Part shown: piece by piece, positions 42,612-55,147 of the stretch
How the letters are laid out: each line of letters starts with the position of its first letter
How positions within the stretch are numbered: position 1 is the first letter of the stretch
Source of the DNA: Candidatus Bathyarchaeota archaeon
Lineage (GTDB): Archaea > Thermoproteota > Bathyarchaeia > Bathyarchaeales > Bathycorpusculaceae
Assembly: GCA_963767735.1 (NCBI GenBank)
Contig: CAVYES010000008.1
Span: forward strand, 1-64,000
Direction of reading: 5' to 3'
Length of the DNA: 64,000 nucleotides
Position numbers and translations under genes: made by a program
The notes under the pieces: generated by a model
Seen by the model: the letters and a program-made list of their open reading frames with translations, nothing else
The model's database searches: none
What the model was told of the DNA's origin: nothing

Positions 42612-43367
42612 CTAACCGAACTGGCCAGTAATATAGTTGTGAGTCAACTCGCTTTTTGGGTTTTCAAAAAGGATTTTCGTGTCGTTATATTCTACTAGTT
42701 CGCCCACATACATGAAAGCGGTAAAATCCGACACTCTTGCCGCCTGCTGCAAATTATGTGTTACAATAATGACCGTGTATTTCTCTTTAAGGACTCCGAC
42801 AAGGGATTCGATGCGGGATGTTGCTGCTGGATCTAACGCGCTGCAGGGTTCATCCATGAGAATCAGTTCAGGCTCTACAGCCAACGCACGTGCTATGCAA
42901 AGTCTTTGTTGTTGCCCCCCTGAAAGGGAAAGGGCACTTTCATTTAGCCGGTCTTTAACTTCGTCCCATAACGCCGCTCCCCTAAGACTATTTTCGACAA
43001 CTTCTTTGAGCTTTTCGCCTTTTGCGGTATTATGGATGTGTGGACCGAAAGCCACGTTTTCGAATATTGATTTGGGGAATGGGTTAGGCTTTTGAAATAC
43101 CATGCCTATTCTTCGTCTCAAGTCATAAACGCTGTTGCTACCCTCGCCATAGATATTTTGTCCATCAAGCGTTATCTCTCCTGATGTGCGGCAGCCGATG
43201 ATGAGGTCATTCATCCGATTGATTGACCGCAGAAGAGTTGATTTGCCACATCCTGAAGGACCCATAATGGCTGTAACAGCGTTTTCTTTAACTTGAAAGT
43301 CGATGTCTTTTAGGATATGATTGCTCTTAAACCACAGATTAAATTTTTTAGTTTCGACTTTTCCCAA
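42612..43367 (-). CDS. pstB: Phosphate ABC transporter ATP-binding subunit
   Basis: [49 protein letters not shown]; probable TTG start at about 43367. Confidence 0.95.
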   Translation of the reverse strand: MGKVETKKFNLWFKSNHILKDIDFQVKENAVTAIMGPSGCGKSTLLRSINRMNDLIIGCRTSGEITLDGQNIYGEGSNSVYDLRRRIGMVFQKPNPFPKSIFENVAFGPHIHNTAKGEKLKEVVENSLRGAALWDEVKDRLNESALSLSGGQQQRLCIARALAVEPELILMDEPCSALDPAATSRIESLVGVLKEKYTVIIVTHNLQQAARVSDFTAFMYVGELVEYNDTKILFENPKSELTHNYITGQFG

Positions 43368-43611
43368 GTTTTTCTTCTCCTGCGTTAAGGTAGAGTGTTT
43401 AATTATGGTTATACAGGCTTGTGCTGAGAATGCTGAAAGGCAAAGCGGCTGTTCTCCATGGGAAGTCATTGTGGAGATGTGTGTGTTATACGTTTCCTCA
43501 ATAGCCGACATAGACTATAATATAATATATAATTTGTTTAGATAAGGAATTTATTATATAAACCGCCCTAGGAAATTGTTGCTTATTGGCTAGAAGGAAA
43601 GGAGAGATTTA

Positions 43612-44652
43612 TTGTTGTGGCAGGGAAAATGGGAGGAAGAAACAAGAAAAGTGCAATTTACTGGCGGGTCTACCTACATAATATCGTTACCTAAAAGGTG
43701 GATCGCCGAAAACCAAGTAAAAAAGGGAAGTTTCATAAAACTCCGCACCGATGAAGGCGGATTATTAACGATTGTTCCCCCGACCTCTACGATGCAGAAA
43801 AGGCTCGATGAAGCTGCAATTATGGTTTCTGAAAATAATGATACTGACATGATTGTACGAAAGATTGTGTCCGCTTACTTGGCAGGATATAATTCAATCC
43901 ATATAAAAGCAGATAAGCATCAATTATCCACAAAGCAAAGGCACGATATTAAGATTTTTGTTCGGCGCATGTTGATTGGAACTGAAATCGTGACTGACAC
44001 TGCATCTCAATTAACTCTACAAGTTCTTTTAAGCTACCCTGAATTGACAGTTCAAAGCGCTTTAAGAAGAATGACCATAATCACAACATCCATGCATAAG
44101 GACGCAATATTGGGGTTAACAGCAAGCGATAATTCACTGGCGAAAGATGTAATAACAACTGACAACGAGGTAGATCGATTCAATCTCTACGTGACCAGAC
44201 TATTAAGAGCAGCAATACAGAATCCCCGAATAACCAAAGAAATTGGTCTTGCAAGCGGCAAGGACTGCTTAGGCTACCGCCTAGTAATTAAGTCGGTCGA
44301 ACGGACAGCAGATCACGCTGTAAACATAGCGGAGAATGTGTTGACGCTTAAACGCAAGGTGAATAATGATACTGCGGAAAAAATTGAGAACATGAGCGGT
44401 ATTGCCATTAAAATGTTTGACACTGCCATGGAATCACTGTTTAGGCAAGACTACAACGCAGCCGAAAATATTATAGAAAGCATTAAAGAAATCGCTACCT
44501 TGGAGAGAGAGGCGATCGAGTCAGCTCAACTGGACACTCAAGATGATGCCACTTCGCGTTTAATTATTGAAAGCGTTAGAAGAACAGCCGAATACGCCTG
44601 TGACATCGCTGAAATTGTACTCAATTTGACTGTGGATTCAATACTTGTGTGA
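43612..44652 (+). CDS. phoU: Archaeal phosphate uptake regulator (AbrB-like N-terminus + PhoU repeats)
   Basis: RKVQFTGGSTYIISLPK.W; DNEVDRF; ERTADHAVNIAE; RRTAEYACDIAE. Confidence 0.92.
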   Translation: MLWQGKWEEETRKVQFTGGSTYIISLPKRWIAENQVKKGSFIKLRTDEGGLLTIVPPTSTMQKRLDEAAIMVSENNDTDMIVRKIVSAYLAGYNSIHIKADKHQLSTKQRHDIKIFVRRMLIGTEIVTDTASQLTLQVLLSYPELTVQSALRRMTIITTSMHKDAILGLTASDNSLAKDVITTDNEVDRFNLYVTRLLRAAIQNPRITKEIGLASGKDCLGYRLVIKSVERTADHAVNIAENVLTLKRKVNNDTAEKIENMSGIAIKMFDTAMESLFRQDYNAAENIIESIKEIATLEREAIESAQLDTQDDATSRLIIESVRRTAEYACDIAEIVLNLTVDSILV

Positions 44653-45224
44653 AAAAAATGTTAGGAGAAGTCAAAGGTTATTTATCGAAAATCAACAACT
44701 ACATACTAAAATTTAAAAATTACATAGATGATCGAGCTCTAATCACCGATCTACTAACTAAGATCATCATTACATTTGGAGTAATTCTGATTATTGGCGG
44801 GCTTTATTTAATGACTATCGATCCAAGCGCTTCAACTCAAGTCGCACAAACAAATTCAGCTACCCAGTCATCTGCATCCATTGTCAATTGGATTCCAGGA
44901 ATTCCATTTTACATTGGCGCTCTTACTAGTGGTGGCATTGCAATCATTGGTTTAGTTTCTTGGATTTTGGGTTTAGACTTCCTTCTAATCGGCTTAGGTT
45001 TTTGGGTAAGAAACGAACTTGCTCGTTTTGCTGGATTAATGACATTTGGATTAGCTTTTTTTTTCCAGTTTGTACAGTTCCTGTTAAATGGGATTATAGG
45101 TTCGCCAGTATCAGTTTTAGAGTTATGCGTGGATGGAATTTTTGTTTATTTTCTTTTCGCAAAGTTTGATTCACAAAAAAAGACCCTAATAAGCAGTCTA
45201 AGCAGTCAATCGATCAAAGCTTAA
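44649..45224 (+). CDS. 4-TM membrane protein overlapping the phoU stop
   Basis: GTGA start/stop overlap; four hydrophobic helices. Confidence 0.7.
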   Translation: MKKMLGEVKGYLSKINNYILKFKNYIDDRALITDLLTKIIITFGVILIIGGLYLMTIDPSASTQVAQTNSATQSSASIVNWIPGIPFYIGALTSGGIAIIGLVSWILGLDFLLIGLGFWVRNELARFAGLMTFGLAFFFQFVQFLLNGIIGSPVSVLELCVDGIFVYFLFAKFDSQKKTLISSLSSQSIKA

Positions 45225-45358
45225 TCTCACAAACGTTCATTCGTTCATTAATGCAACTTAGCTAAAGGCAAATAGAATTGACATTCAGAAGCTGAGTTTC
45301 TTTGCTGATTTTTCGTTTCTCTGTCTGGTTTATGGTAGGGGTTTGGGGTCGGCGTTGG

Positions 45359-48300
45359 TTATGGAGTTGGAGTTGGAGAAGTCCTGCTGGCTGGACCGTA
45401 GGTGGCGACAAGGGCTGCGTTGTAGTCCTGTAGGAATAGCACTATATCTTGATAGTCCATTGTCCCACTATGGTCTAGTGCACATGCTGAATTAAGGGCG
45501 CCTGTTTGATAGTACCCGATGTAGCCATCAAGGAAGTATATTTCGTCGCTAAAGCCAACTGTGCCAGTATGGTAGAAATCAACTGGTGAAAACTGTTGTG
45601 CACTGTTAACGGTTAATTGAGTAGTTCCTGAAATGCCGGTGCTGCTGGCTGTGACAGTCCAACTGCCTGTGTTTAACGAAGTATATACGTTTCCAGTCCA
45701 GGAGCCGCCAGCGCCAGCACTCGTGAGCCAACTAACAGAGTTTGTTACATCCCACGAGTTACCCTCAGAATCATATGCCGTTGCAGTGCAAGATTGACTG
45801 GAACCAGAATTGATTGAAGCTGAGGCTGGACTTACAACAATACTTGAGACTACACCGTGGTTAATAGTCAAGGATGCTCTGACGAGTATGCCGTCAAGTA
45901 CACCTGTAACAATCCAGTTTCCTGAGTTAGCGGAAGTAAAAACGTTGGCACTCCATGAACCGCCAGCGCCTGAATCAATAATCCAAACTGTTGAACTTGA
46001 AACATCCCATAAATTACCGTACGCATCAGATGCCGTTGCTGTAAATGTTTGAGTGGATCCTGCGACGATTGTTTGTGTCTCTGGCGATATTACGAGGCTT
46101 GTTGGGGAGCCATGAATAACTGTGACGGGAGCTGTTGCAGAAAAGCCGCTCCATGTGGCGGTGATGGTCCATGTGCCTGCGTCGGCTGGAGTGTAGATGT
46201 TGGCTGACCATGAGCCGCCGGCACCCGAGGTTATGCTATAACTGGCCAAACCGGTAACGTCCCAGGTATTACCAAAAGTGTCAACTGCGATGGTACTGAA
46301 GGCTTCATTTGAGCCAGCTGCAATGGTCGCACTGTAGGGAGTAACCTGTATGCCTAATGCAGAAGCATGGGTTACCGTTAAAAAGACTGACTTACTCAAG
46401 CTGCCAAATGTGCCTGTAACGCTCCAGACACCAGCGAGTTGAGATGTGTAGACATTGCCTGAAAATGAGCCGCCAGCGCCCGCGTCAATAGTCCAAACTG
46501 TTGAAGGTGTAACGTCCCATGTGTTTCCGTAAACGTCAGCAGCGGTTGCTATGAAAGTTTCTGTTGAGCCAGCTATGATAGAGCCTGAGGTTGGTCCTAC
46601 CGTAATACTGGCAGCTGGCGCGTGATTTACCGTTACGGAAGCTGTGCTTGATAGACCTGAGTAAATGCCCATAACAGTCCAGCTTCCGGCATTGTTAGAG
46701 GTGTAAGTATTGCCAACCCAGGAGCCGCCAGCACCGACATCAATACTCCAACTTGTGGAGCTGGTTTCGTCCCAGCTGTTGCCGTTAGAGTCTGTCGCCG
46801 TTGCGGTAAAAGTCTGAGGTGAGCCAGCTGTAAGTGCAGCTGATGATGGACTTACTGTAATGCTAAGAGCTGCACCATGGTTAACTGTTAAAGAGGCTGT
46901 ATCGGATAATCCTGAGTAAATGCCGGTTACCTGCCAAGTGCCAGCCGTAATAGAACTATAAACGTTGCCGCTCCATGAACCGCCAGCGCCTGAATCAATA
47001 ATCCAATTTGTTGAAGGGGTAGCATCCCAAACATTATTGTAGTCATCGGTTGCTGTAGCTGTGAAGGCTTCGTTTGAACCTGTTGTGATAGTGGCAGTGC
47101 TAGGGGAGATGATGAGGGTAACGGCTGAGGCGTGATTTACGGTTAAGTAAGCATAGTTCGATAGCCTTGTGTATGTACCGGTGACAATCCAGTTTCCTGC
47201 AATAGCGGAGGTATACTGATTGTTAGCCCAAGAACCTCCAGCGCCGGAACTGACACTCCATTCTGTTAAGGCGGTAACATCCCATACGTTACCGTAGCTA
47301 TCGGATGCTGTAGCGGTGAAAGCTTGGCTGGAACCAGCAGTAATTGAAGCGGAATTTGGATCCACAGTAATGCTGACAGGTGAAGCATGAGTGACAATCA
47401 AAGTAGCTGTACCAGACAAACCTAAGCCCATGACAGTCACCGTCCATGTTCCTGCATTAGCAGAAGTATAAACATTATCAGATAAAGAACCGCCGGCATT
47501 TACGTCAACACTGAAACTGGTCGAACTAGTGATATCCCAACTGTTACCAAAGTAGTCGAATGCGGTTGCCGTGAAAGTTTGTGTTGAACCAGCCACTATA
47601 GTCGAGGTGCTGGGATTTACTTCAATTTTAACTGGATATCCGGGATTAACGGTTAAAGAAGCTATATTGGATAATCCTCCATAAGCACCAGTTATTGTCC
47701 ATGTGCCTGCTATAGCAGAAGTGTAAACACCTCTTGACCAAGAGCCGCCAGCGCCAGTGCTTGTACTCCAAGTTGCCGAATCAGTGACGCCCCAACTGTT
47801 ACCATAAACATCAGAGGCTACTGCCGAGTAAGACTGACTGAAACCAGCAGCCAAACTTGATGTTTGAGGAGATACTGTTAGGCTGATAGGTACGGCAGGG
47901 GTAACGGTGAGAGAAGCTTTATCAGATAATTCCCCATAAACGCCGGTTATTGTCCAAGTGCCAGCTTTGTCAGAAGTATAAACGTTACCGCTCCAAGAAC
48001 CTCCAGCGCCAGAATCAATAATCCAAACCGTTGAACCAGTGGCATCCCACGTATTGCCAAAACTGTCTATAGCTGTGGTCGTGTAAACTACAATTGTTCC
48101 AGCTGTGACTGAAGTTAAAGTCGAGCCCACCGCTATGTTAACAGCCGTACCATGATTAACAGTCAAAGAAGCAGTATCAGATACACCTGAATATGAACCT
48201 GTGACAATCCACTGGCCAGAAACTGCAGAAGTATACGTATTGCCTGACCAAGAGCCGCCGGCACCCGAGCTTATACTCCAATCAACTGAACTGGTAATAC

Positions 48301-49635
48301 TCCATGTGTTACCAAAGACGTCGGTAGCAGTGGCTGTAAAGGTTTGTGAAGAACCAGCCGACAAAGTTGCTGTTGCTGGAGAAATCACGATGCTAGAAAC
48401 AGGACCGTCGTCAACGGTTAAGGAAGCTGTACCTAATAATCCGTCATAAACACCGTAAACAGTCCATGTGCCAGCTTTGTCAGAAGTATAAACGTTACCG
48501 CTCCAAGATCCCCCTGCACCAGAATCAATAATCCAAACCGTTGAACTGCTAACGTCCCATGTGTTGCCATCGCTGTCACTGGCAGTAGCCGTAAAGGTTT
48601 GGCTGTGGCCTGCAACAACTGCTGGGTTTTGGGGAGATATGGTTATGCTAACGGCTGGACCATCTTCTTCAGTCAACATGGCTGTGGATGATAGGCTTCC
48701 CATTTTAGCCGTGACGACCACGGTGCCAGCTTTATTGGAAGTGTAAACATTGTTTGACCAAGAGCCGCAGGCGCCAGAGCTGGCACTCCAAGTTGCCAAA
48801 TTAGTAACATCCCAACTGTTACCGTAAACATCAGAAGCTAAAGCCGTGTAAGTCTCATGAGAACCAGTTTTGACAGAGGCTGAATTGGGGTTTATAGTAA
48901 TACTGGTGGCTGTTGCATGATTTACGGTCAGAGAGGCTGTGTCGTATAGACCTAAATAGCCGCCAGTTATGGTCCAGGTTCCGGTTGTTGCGGAAGTGTA
49001 GACGTTGCCCGACCAAGAACCGCCTGCGCCTGCAGTTATGCTCCAACTTGTTAGTGCTGTCACGCTCCACGAGTTGCCATAAAAGTCTGTTGCAGTAGCT
49101 GTATACGCTTGGTTAGAACCCGCGGTAACTGTCGCTGTTGTAGGAGAGATTTGAATACTGATCGGGGTTGCAGGATTTACCGTTATCACACTAGTTGCTG
49201 CCGAGATTGACCCGCTGGTTACTGTTATAGTTTGAGAGCCAGCGGTTGCAAGAATGAAACCTGAAAAGGTATGGACGCCCTTATCGCCCTTGCTACCTGT
49301 TGTAAAGGTGTACTCGCTCTGAGAAGTATAAGGCAAAGTAGCCTTGGGATCGGTTGAAGTGAAATAGATTGTACCCTTAAAGCTAGTTGCCACTTTGCCA
49401 TTAAATTATAAACAGTAACTGTTAAGCCGCTAAAACTTTGCCCTGCAGTGGTCGAAGATGGATAGCCGGTTATGGTGAAATATTGGGTAGGTGAACCATT
49501 AACAAAGAGAGTTTGAGAGGTTGATATTGTATACAATTCGGCAGCACCTAGCGTTGAAATCAGCATTATGATTATCAATAGCAAAGCTGGTATGGCATTA
49601 CCTCTAACTAGCCTTCTCATGTTTAACTTCTCCAA
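45359..49635 (-). CDS. Large secreted protein: 14 tandem ~85-aa Ig-like (Big_2-like) repeats + C-terminal dockerin-like domain; frameshift near 49400
   Basis: 14 copies of (F/Y)TATA.D.YGN.WDVT...W....GAGGSW.GN.YTS..AG.W; signal peptide in ORF 49225..49635; C-terminal DFYHTGTVGFSD / ALDHSGTMDYQD pair. Confidence 0.88.
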
Positions 49636-49771
49636 CTATTTTTATGCGCCCTAAAAGTATTTACCGTTTGTCGTTATAGTTTCAATAGTTTTAATTGGGA
49701 CTAAGTATTAACTTGTTTAAGAAAGGAGTAGTCTAGAGTTTATTTAGAACCTATAGTTTTTTTGGTTTATT

Positions 49772-51112
49772 TTATGGTAAAATTTGGAAGTTAGCAGCTG
49801 TTTCCGGGGCTAATGCTGTGCCATTTGCTGTTAATAGGCACATGTATGCTGTGGCTTGGCCGGTGAATGCCCATTGGGGAATGGAAATTGTGAGGTCAAC
49901 GACTGTGAAGTTTTGCAGTTGCATGGTGTTTCTGTAGGTAAATGATCCTATTGGAACATTGGCGTGGTCAAATACTGTTATGTCCAATTCTGAAGATGGG
50001 GTTGAAAACAATCCGTTATCGATTGTCAGCTCAATTGGGAGAGTTTGCCCTAAATTAACGCTGGCAGGCATTTGTATGCTTTCTATGTTGCTTAAGTAGT
50101 TAAAAGTAAAGGATGTTGAGTTGGTCAGCGTAGACGAGGAAAGGTTTATCGAAGCGGTTATATTCCATATGCCAAAAACAATTTCGGTTGCATTCGGGTT
50201 TGGAGCAGGCAACCTGTATTGGACATTTGCAATTCCCGTTTGATTTGTTAATCCGTCACCAACGGCTATTACGGTTCCGTTGGGGTTTTGCAGTGAAAAT
50301 GATACAGTTTGGTCAGGAACTGAAACATTCTGGGAGGTTACTAATCCATAAATTTGCAACAGGTCTTGGGGCCCGTAGGTGCCGCCGTTGCTGGAGCCTC
50401 TGCTGCCTCTGCCTGTGAATACTTGAAGAGTTGCACTGGATAAATTACTGGTTGTGGTGTTTGAGACGGTGACAGTTGCGCTATCACAAGTAACATCGTT
50501 GTGAGGGGCGGTAATAACGCTTGTAGCTACCACATACCCACTGCTGATTGTTATTGGACTAACACCGTAGTTCGTTATGTTAAAAGTTAACGTTGCTAAC
50601 ACGCCAGAAGGTTCAGTTGATACATCCGCACCTTCAATTCCTCCAGCTAAACCGCCTAGGATCTGCCCATTTACATTGTCGAATAAGGAACTTTGGCTTC
50701 CAGTAAATTCGGGTGTGTCATCTCCGGGAGCGTTGTTTGCTAGGAATGGACCTCCCGTAGCTTTTATCAGCTGTAGCACTGTTGCATTCCAAGAAACCGT
50801 AGGCAAAAACCAACCCCAAATGCCAGGTGAATTATCAATTCTAATATCAATCATAACGGTCGTGTAAATAGGATTTGGTTTGGGACCCAACGTAATACTT
50901 GAAGTGCTCATGGTACCCGATTGTACGGCGCTAATAGTTGGAGCCGGAGTGCTAGCTATGCTTACATGCGAGATTGTAAGTGGTATTGCGATAAGTAAGA
51001 TAATTGCTAATGCCACGATTATCTGTTTTCTTGGTTTCAGCTTTTGTGCACCGTCCGATTTTATCGTATTGATGTTTTGGGTGATGGTATTTTGCGTTTT
51101 TGAGCGTTTCAA
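49772..51112 (-). CDS. Secreted cohesin-domain protein (1 cohesin + GPQ domain + IP.WA.G domain)
   Basis: IDIRI...WGW...W...LQL....GPFL...SGVLATLTF...G.SPI; YGPQDL; IPQWAFTGQA. Confidence 0.8.
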   Translation of the reverse strand: MKRSKTQNTITQNINTIKSDGAQKLKPRKQIIVALAIILLIAIPLTISHVSIASTPAPTISAVQSGTMSTSSITLGPKPNPIYTTVMIDIRIDNSPGIWGWFLPTVSWNATVLQLIKATGGPFLANNAPGDDTPEFTGSQSSLFDNVNGQILGGLAGGIEGADVSTEPSGVLATLTFNITNYGVSPITISSGYVVATSVITAPHNDVTCDSATVTVSNTTTSNLSSATLQVFTGRGSRGSSNGGTYGPQDLLQIYGLVTSQNVSVPDQTVSFSLQNPNGTVIAVGDGLTNQTGIANVQYRLPAPNPNATEIVFGIWNITASINLSSSTLTNSTSFTFNYLSNIESIQMPASVNLGQTLPIELTIDNGLFSTPSSELDITVFDHANVPIGSFTYRNTMQLQNFTVVDLTISIPQWAFTGQATAYMCLLTANGTALAPETAANFQILP

Positions 51113-51114
51113 AT

Positions 51115-53286
51115 TTAAGACAGGATTTGGAAGGTACCAGTTTCTTGAGGACAGAGTGGGATTCCGCCGGCTGTGGGAAGACCAGTCATGACGTCAACGT
51201 AAACGGTTGCTGTTCCTACATAAGCCCATGAAGGAATTGTGATGCTTACTGGAACAGTGGCGGCACCTCCTCCTGATGCGGGGGAAATGTTAACTGTGTA
51301 ACAGTCTATTGGGACGTCTTGTGAGTCACAAACCGTAACTGCTAGCAATGAAGTTGATTTTAAGTTTTCCACAATCACATCAAAGCTCAAAGTGCCGGAC
51401 CTGTCCACGCTTGTGGGCAGTTGGATTCCTGTGATAGTGACAAGGTTGCTAACGCAGGTGAAGTTACATGTATCAGTTATGACAACAGATCCAACCTCAG
51501 TTAAGCCAACTATGGACCACATCCCTAATACTGAGTTAGGGTTGGGGCTGGGTAAAGGTATCCTAAATTCGAAGTAGGCATAGCCAGTTGTGTTTGTCGG
51601 GTCTACATTAAGAGCGGCAACTGTTCCATTTGGATAAGAAATCTCGAAGCCTACTAGATTGTCGGCTAAAGGCGCGTCCTTATAATCTACCAGTGCGTAC
51701 ACTTGAACTAGATCTTGCGGATTGTAGGTGCCGCCGTTAACATCATGGCCTATGCCGCCTTTATTAGTGAAAACGTCGATACTGGCAAGTTGCTGAGCAG
51801 TTTCAATTTGTATCCAAGCAACTTTTGTTGCCGTATCTATGTAACTTGAAGAGGGAGACGGATTCGTATCGGGCGCAGTCACGATTAGAGTTATTTTAAG
51901 ATAACCGACACTTGTAGCCTCAAAAGAAATTATTTGTCCATTAAAGGATCCAAAGATTGTAGAATTCTCAAATTCCACTAACCAAACATAGCTGGTTATG
52001 GGGCAAGTTTGCTTATCGTAGCCAGGCGTTGAAGCGCTTGCATCCATCAAAACTGTATCTCCTACCACATATATCGTTCCGTTGGGAGGAGTAAATTCTG
52101 CCACTGGACTATAGACGCTTGATGAACTGGGGGTAGGGGTGGGCGAGGGGGTAGGAGAAGATGAAGGGGTAGGAGTGGGACTGGTTGATGGAGTAGGAGT
52201 GGGACCGGTTGGTGATACAGCAGTAACAGTTGCACTATTACACGTAACAGTGGTTTCAGGGGCGCCTACGGTGCTGGTCGGTATCACGTATCCTCCGCTG
52301 ATCGTTACTGGACTGGTGCCGTAGCCGACCACTGTGAACGTCAAAGTAACAAGTACACCTGAAGGATCAGTTGATACATCCGCACCTTGAATAGCTTGAG
52401 CTAAACCACCGTCAATCTTTCCTGGATTGTCTGTGTTGTCAAATAAGCTGCTTGAGGTTCCAGTGGTTAATACTGCATCTCCTCCTGGTGTGTTATCTGA
52501 CAGGAATGGACCTGCCGCAACATGAGTCAGTTGTAGCACTGTAGAGTCCCATGTCACGGTGGGTATAGCCCAGCCCCAAAAGCCAACAGTGACATCGTCG
52601 ACTCTGATATCGATTTTGAACGTTGTACCCATTGGATCAGGACTGGGACCCAAAGTAATACTGGAGGTGGTTGTGGTTCCAGACGAAACCGCACTAAAAT
52701 AAGCGGTTGAAAGACTGCTAGCTGCGTCTGCTGCTGCTAATTCCGTCGGCTGATTATAGGTAAAAACTGCGTTTGTTTGTGTTGAAGATATTTGGGGATT
52801 TAAACTGGCAGAGCTTGTTGCGGGTCCGAGCAGTTCAATGTTGGTAAATTCTATCGGGCTTGATCCGTAACCGACGATTTGGAACGTGAACGAGACCAAG
52901 TTTCCTGAACCTGAAACGCCATTTTGCAAGATTAAAACATCATTTATGTTTGAAATTACTCCATCAGTATTGTCTATTGGCGAAGCTGTGAGCGATGTTT
53001 GTCCTGCAGAGTCAAGGAAGGATCCTTCGCTGAAACGCGTCATTTGCAGGATTGAAGGATTCCATGATAAGCCTAAACTCCAACCCCACAGATTAGTAAC
53101 ATCAGAAATATTGGCTGTGACTATGAAGGTTCCGCCAATCCCCAATGATTGACCGGAGATCGACGGCGGGTTTAGGCTGACACCCGCAGTTACATTAGCG
53201 TAGGTATTTCTTGAAATTAAAATCGCAGAAAAAATAATGCTTAAAATTATCACTACGCAAAGTATAGCTTTGATTTTTGTATTCAT
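51115..53286 (-). CDS. Secreted scaffoldin-like protein (2 cohesins + PT linker + PKD-like + GPQ + IP.WA.G domains)
   Basis: Two LWGW/FWGW...EGSFL/GPFL...SG.L.TF modules; PTPTP linker; DASAS.PG. Confidence 0.82.
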   Translation of the reverse strand: MNTKIKAILCVVIILSIIFSAILISRNTYANVTAGVSLNPPSISGQSLGIGGTFIVTANISDVTNLWGWSLGLSWNPSILQMTRFSEGSFLDSAGQTSLTASPIDNTDGVISNINDVLILQNGVSGSGNLVSFTFQIVGYGSSPIEFTNIELLGPATSSASLNPQISSTQTNAVFTYNQPTELAAADAASSLSTAYFSAVSSGTTTTSSITLGPSPDPMGTTFKIDIRVDDVTVGFWGWAIPTVTWDSTVLQLTHVAAGPFLSDNTPGGDAVLTTGTSSSLFDNTDNPGKIDGGLAQAIQGADVSTDPSGVLVTLTFTVVGYGTSPVTISGGYVIPTSTVGAPETTVTCNSATVTAVSPTGPTPTPSTSPTPTPSSSPTPSPTPTPSSSSVYSPVAEFTPPNGTIYVVGDTVLMDASASTPGYDKQTCPITSYVWLVEFENSTIFGSFNGQIISFEATSVGYLKITLIVTAPDTNPSPSSSYIDTATKVAWIQIETAQQLASIDVFTNKGGIGHDVNGGTYNPQDLVQVYALVDYKDAPLADNLVGFEISYPNGTVAALNVDPTNTTGYAYFEFRIPLPSPNPNSVLGMWSIVGLTEVGSVVITDTCNFTCVSNLVTITGIQLPTSVDRSGTLSFDVIVENLKSTSLLAVTVCDSQDVPIDCYTVNISPASGGGAATVPVSITIPSWAYVGTATVYVDVMTGLPTAGGIPLCPQETGTFQILS

Positions 53287-53579
53287 TTACGAATCCTCCT
53301 TTCAATTAACATTTACTCAATTAAATTTTGTTAGGCTTAAGTTTGGGCCTTCTCTTTCCCTAAGTATACAATTTTGCTCCAAGTTATTCTGTCTTTGTTA
53401 AATAAAGTATTTAGAGATAAATAGTTTTATTGAAGTTTAAATAGAATAAATAGTTAGCTAACGAAATTGCTCTATGCAGATGTTTTGCACGCAGAAGATT
53501 TGTCACAACATAGTAGTAATGACCGAGTTGGTTTGGGTGTAAGAGAAATGAAAATGGATTGATTTTGCGGTGATGTCTC

Positions 53580-54240
53580 TTAAGGTGTTATTGCACCTAT
53601 GTCTACATTGCCATTTACTATCGTGGTGCCAATTGCTTCATGAAGTCCTTCTTCTAACATAGTCTCGTTTAGTACATATTGGTTGTATAAGTCTGCGCTT
53701 GATATATTGATTGGCGATGTCCCAGCGGCAACCACTCTAAACGTTAGGGTTGCAAGAGTTCCGCTGCCGCTTACAGTGATATTTTCATTAAATGCGTCAT
53801 CTACGCTTGGAAGGACACCTTGCTGGACCATAGGCACGCTGGCTGTGGATATAAAGAAAGTCGGTCCAGCAGATTTTAAGAAGGGACCTTCCGTAACATG
53901 TGTGAGGTTTAGAACAGCAGAGTTGAACGTTAGGTCAGCAATATCCCAACCCCAAAGGTCATGGACGCCACTCACGGTGACGTTTATTTCTATTGTTTGT
54001 CCGATATTTGCCGTCTGCAACTGTAAATTGGTTGGCTCTATGGCTAAGAGTTGCGTTAGGATATATTACAGGAAGGGGTGTCGCTGAAGGTGTCGGCGAG
54101 GGTGTTGAAGATGGCGATGCGGTTGTTGATGATGAAAAATGCACATAGGCAAATATGGCAACAGTTAAGATGATAATTGCGACTAAACCAACGATGATCT
54201 TGCTCTTCATTCCCTTTTTTCCTATTCTCTTTTTCTTCAT
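53580..54240 (-). CDS. N-terminally anchored single-cohesin protein, frameshift near 54040
   Basis: TM + S/T/P linker in 53959..54240; cohesin LWGW...EGPFL...SGSGTLATLTF..GTSPI in 53580..54020. Confidence 0.8.
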
Positions 54241-54265
54241 ATGTTTCGACCTGTCATTTAGTTAT

Positions 54266-55117
54266 TCAAATTATGCCATATCGTTTAGAAAGAGCATTCA
54301 ACCGGTTGGAAGCCTCATTACGGTTTTTTTTACTCCAGATGATTGCAGGCACCGCAAAAATCGTAATTATGATTAGGATTATTGGCACGATTATCCCTAA
54401 GGGAAATTCTGGCGCTGAAGGATTAGTTGAATGTACTACGATTGTTGCATCATTGCATGTAACGTTGACGCTGGATGAATCACTGCTGTTTGGTATTAAG
54501 TTGCCCCCTACAATGTTTATAGTACTACTGCCTGAGCCTGTAACCAGAAAAGTTAAAGTTGCCAACACACCAGAAGCATCCGTCGACGTGTCCACTCCCA
54601 AAATGCCCTCCGCTAAACCGCCGCCAAGTGTACCCTTTGTGTTATCCCAAAGTTGGCTTGCGCTTCCAACAAAGTCCGTTGTATCTCCTCCGGTGTTAGC
54701 TGAGAGGAAGGGACCTTGTTGAACTTGGGTCAGGTTCATGACTTTATGATTCCAAGTTACCGTGGGTATCTCCCAGCCCCAAAAACCAACAGCAACATCA
54801 TCAATCCTAATATCTACGCTTACATTAGTACCAACAGGATTCGGACTTGGACCCAACGTAATAGTTGAAGTACTCGCAGTCCCAGATTGAACCGCACTAA
54901 TAACAGCAGTTGAAAGACTAGGGGTATTGCTCATAGGTTCCAACTGCAATACGTTAGCCGGGTTTACGAGCGGCTCTATTGATGGGACAGATGCCGAGGG
55001 CCCGTTTAAATTAGCGACGGTGCACTCGCCCCTACCGATTCCAGAAACACAGACTAAAGTCAATATGATAAGGGTGCTCAGAACAATTGAAGCGATCAGG
55101 TTTCTCTTTATTTTCAC
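54266..55117 (-). CDS. Cohesin protein with PEF-CTERM-like anchor (tandem paralog 2)
   Basis: Signal peptide, cohesin, APEFP + TM + KKNR. Confidence 0.85.
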   Translation of the reverse strand: MKIKRNLIASIVLSTLIILTLVCVSGIGRGECTVANLNGPSASVPSIEPLVNPANVLQLEPMSNTPSLSTAVISAVQSGTASTSTITLGPSPNPVGTNVSVDIRIDDVAVGFWGWEIPTVTWNHKVMNLTQVQQGPFLSANTGGDTTDFVGSASQLWDNTKGTLGGGLAEGILGVDTSTDASGVLATLTFLVTGSGSSTINIVGGNLIPNSSDSSSVNVTCNDATIVVHSTNPSAPEFPLGIIVPIILIIITIFAVPAIIWSKKNRNEASNRLNALSKRYGII

Positions 55118-55147
55118 TTTCTTGACCTCATTTAATTGATAGTTTAT

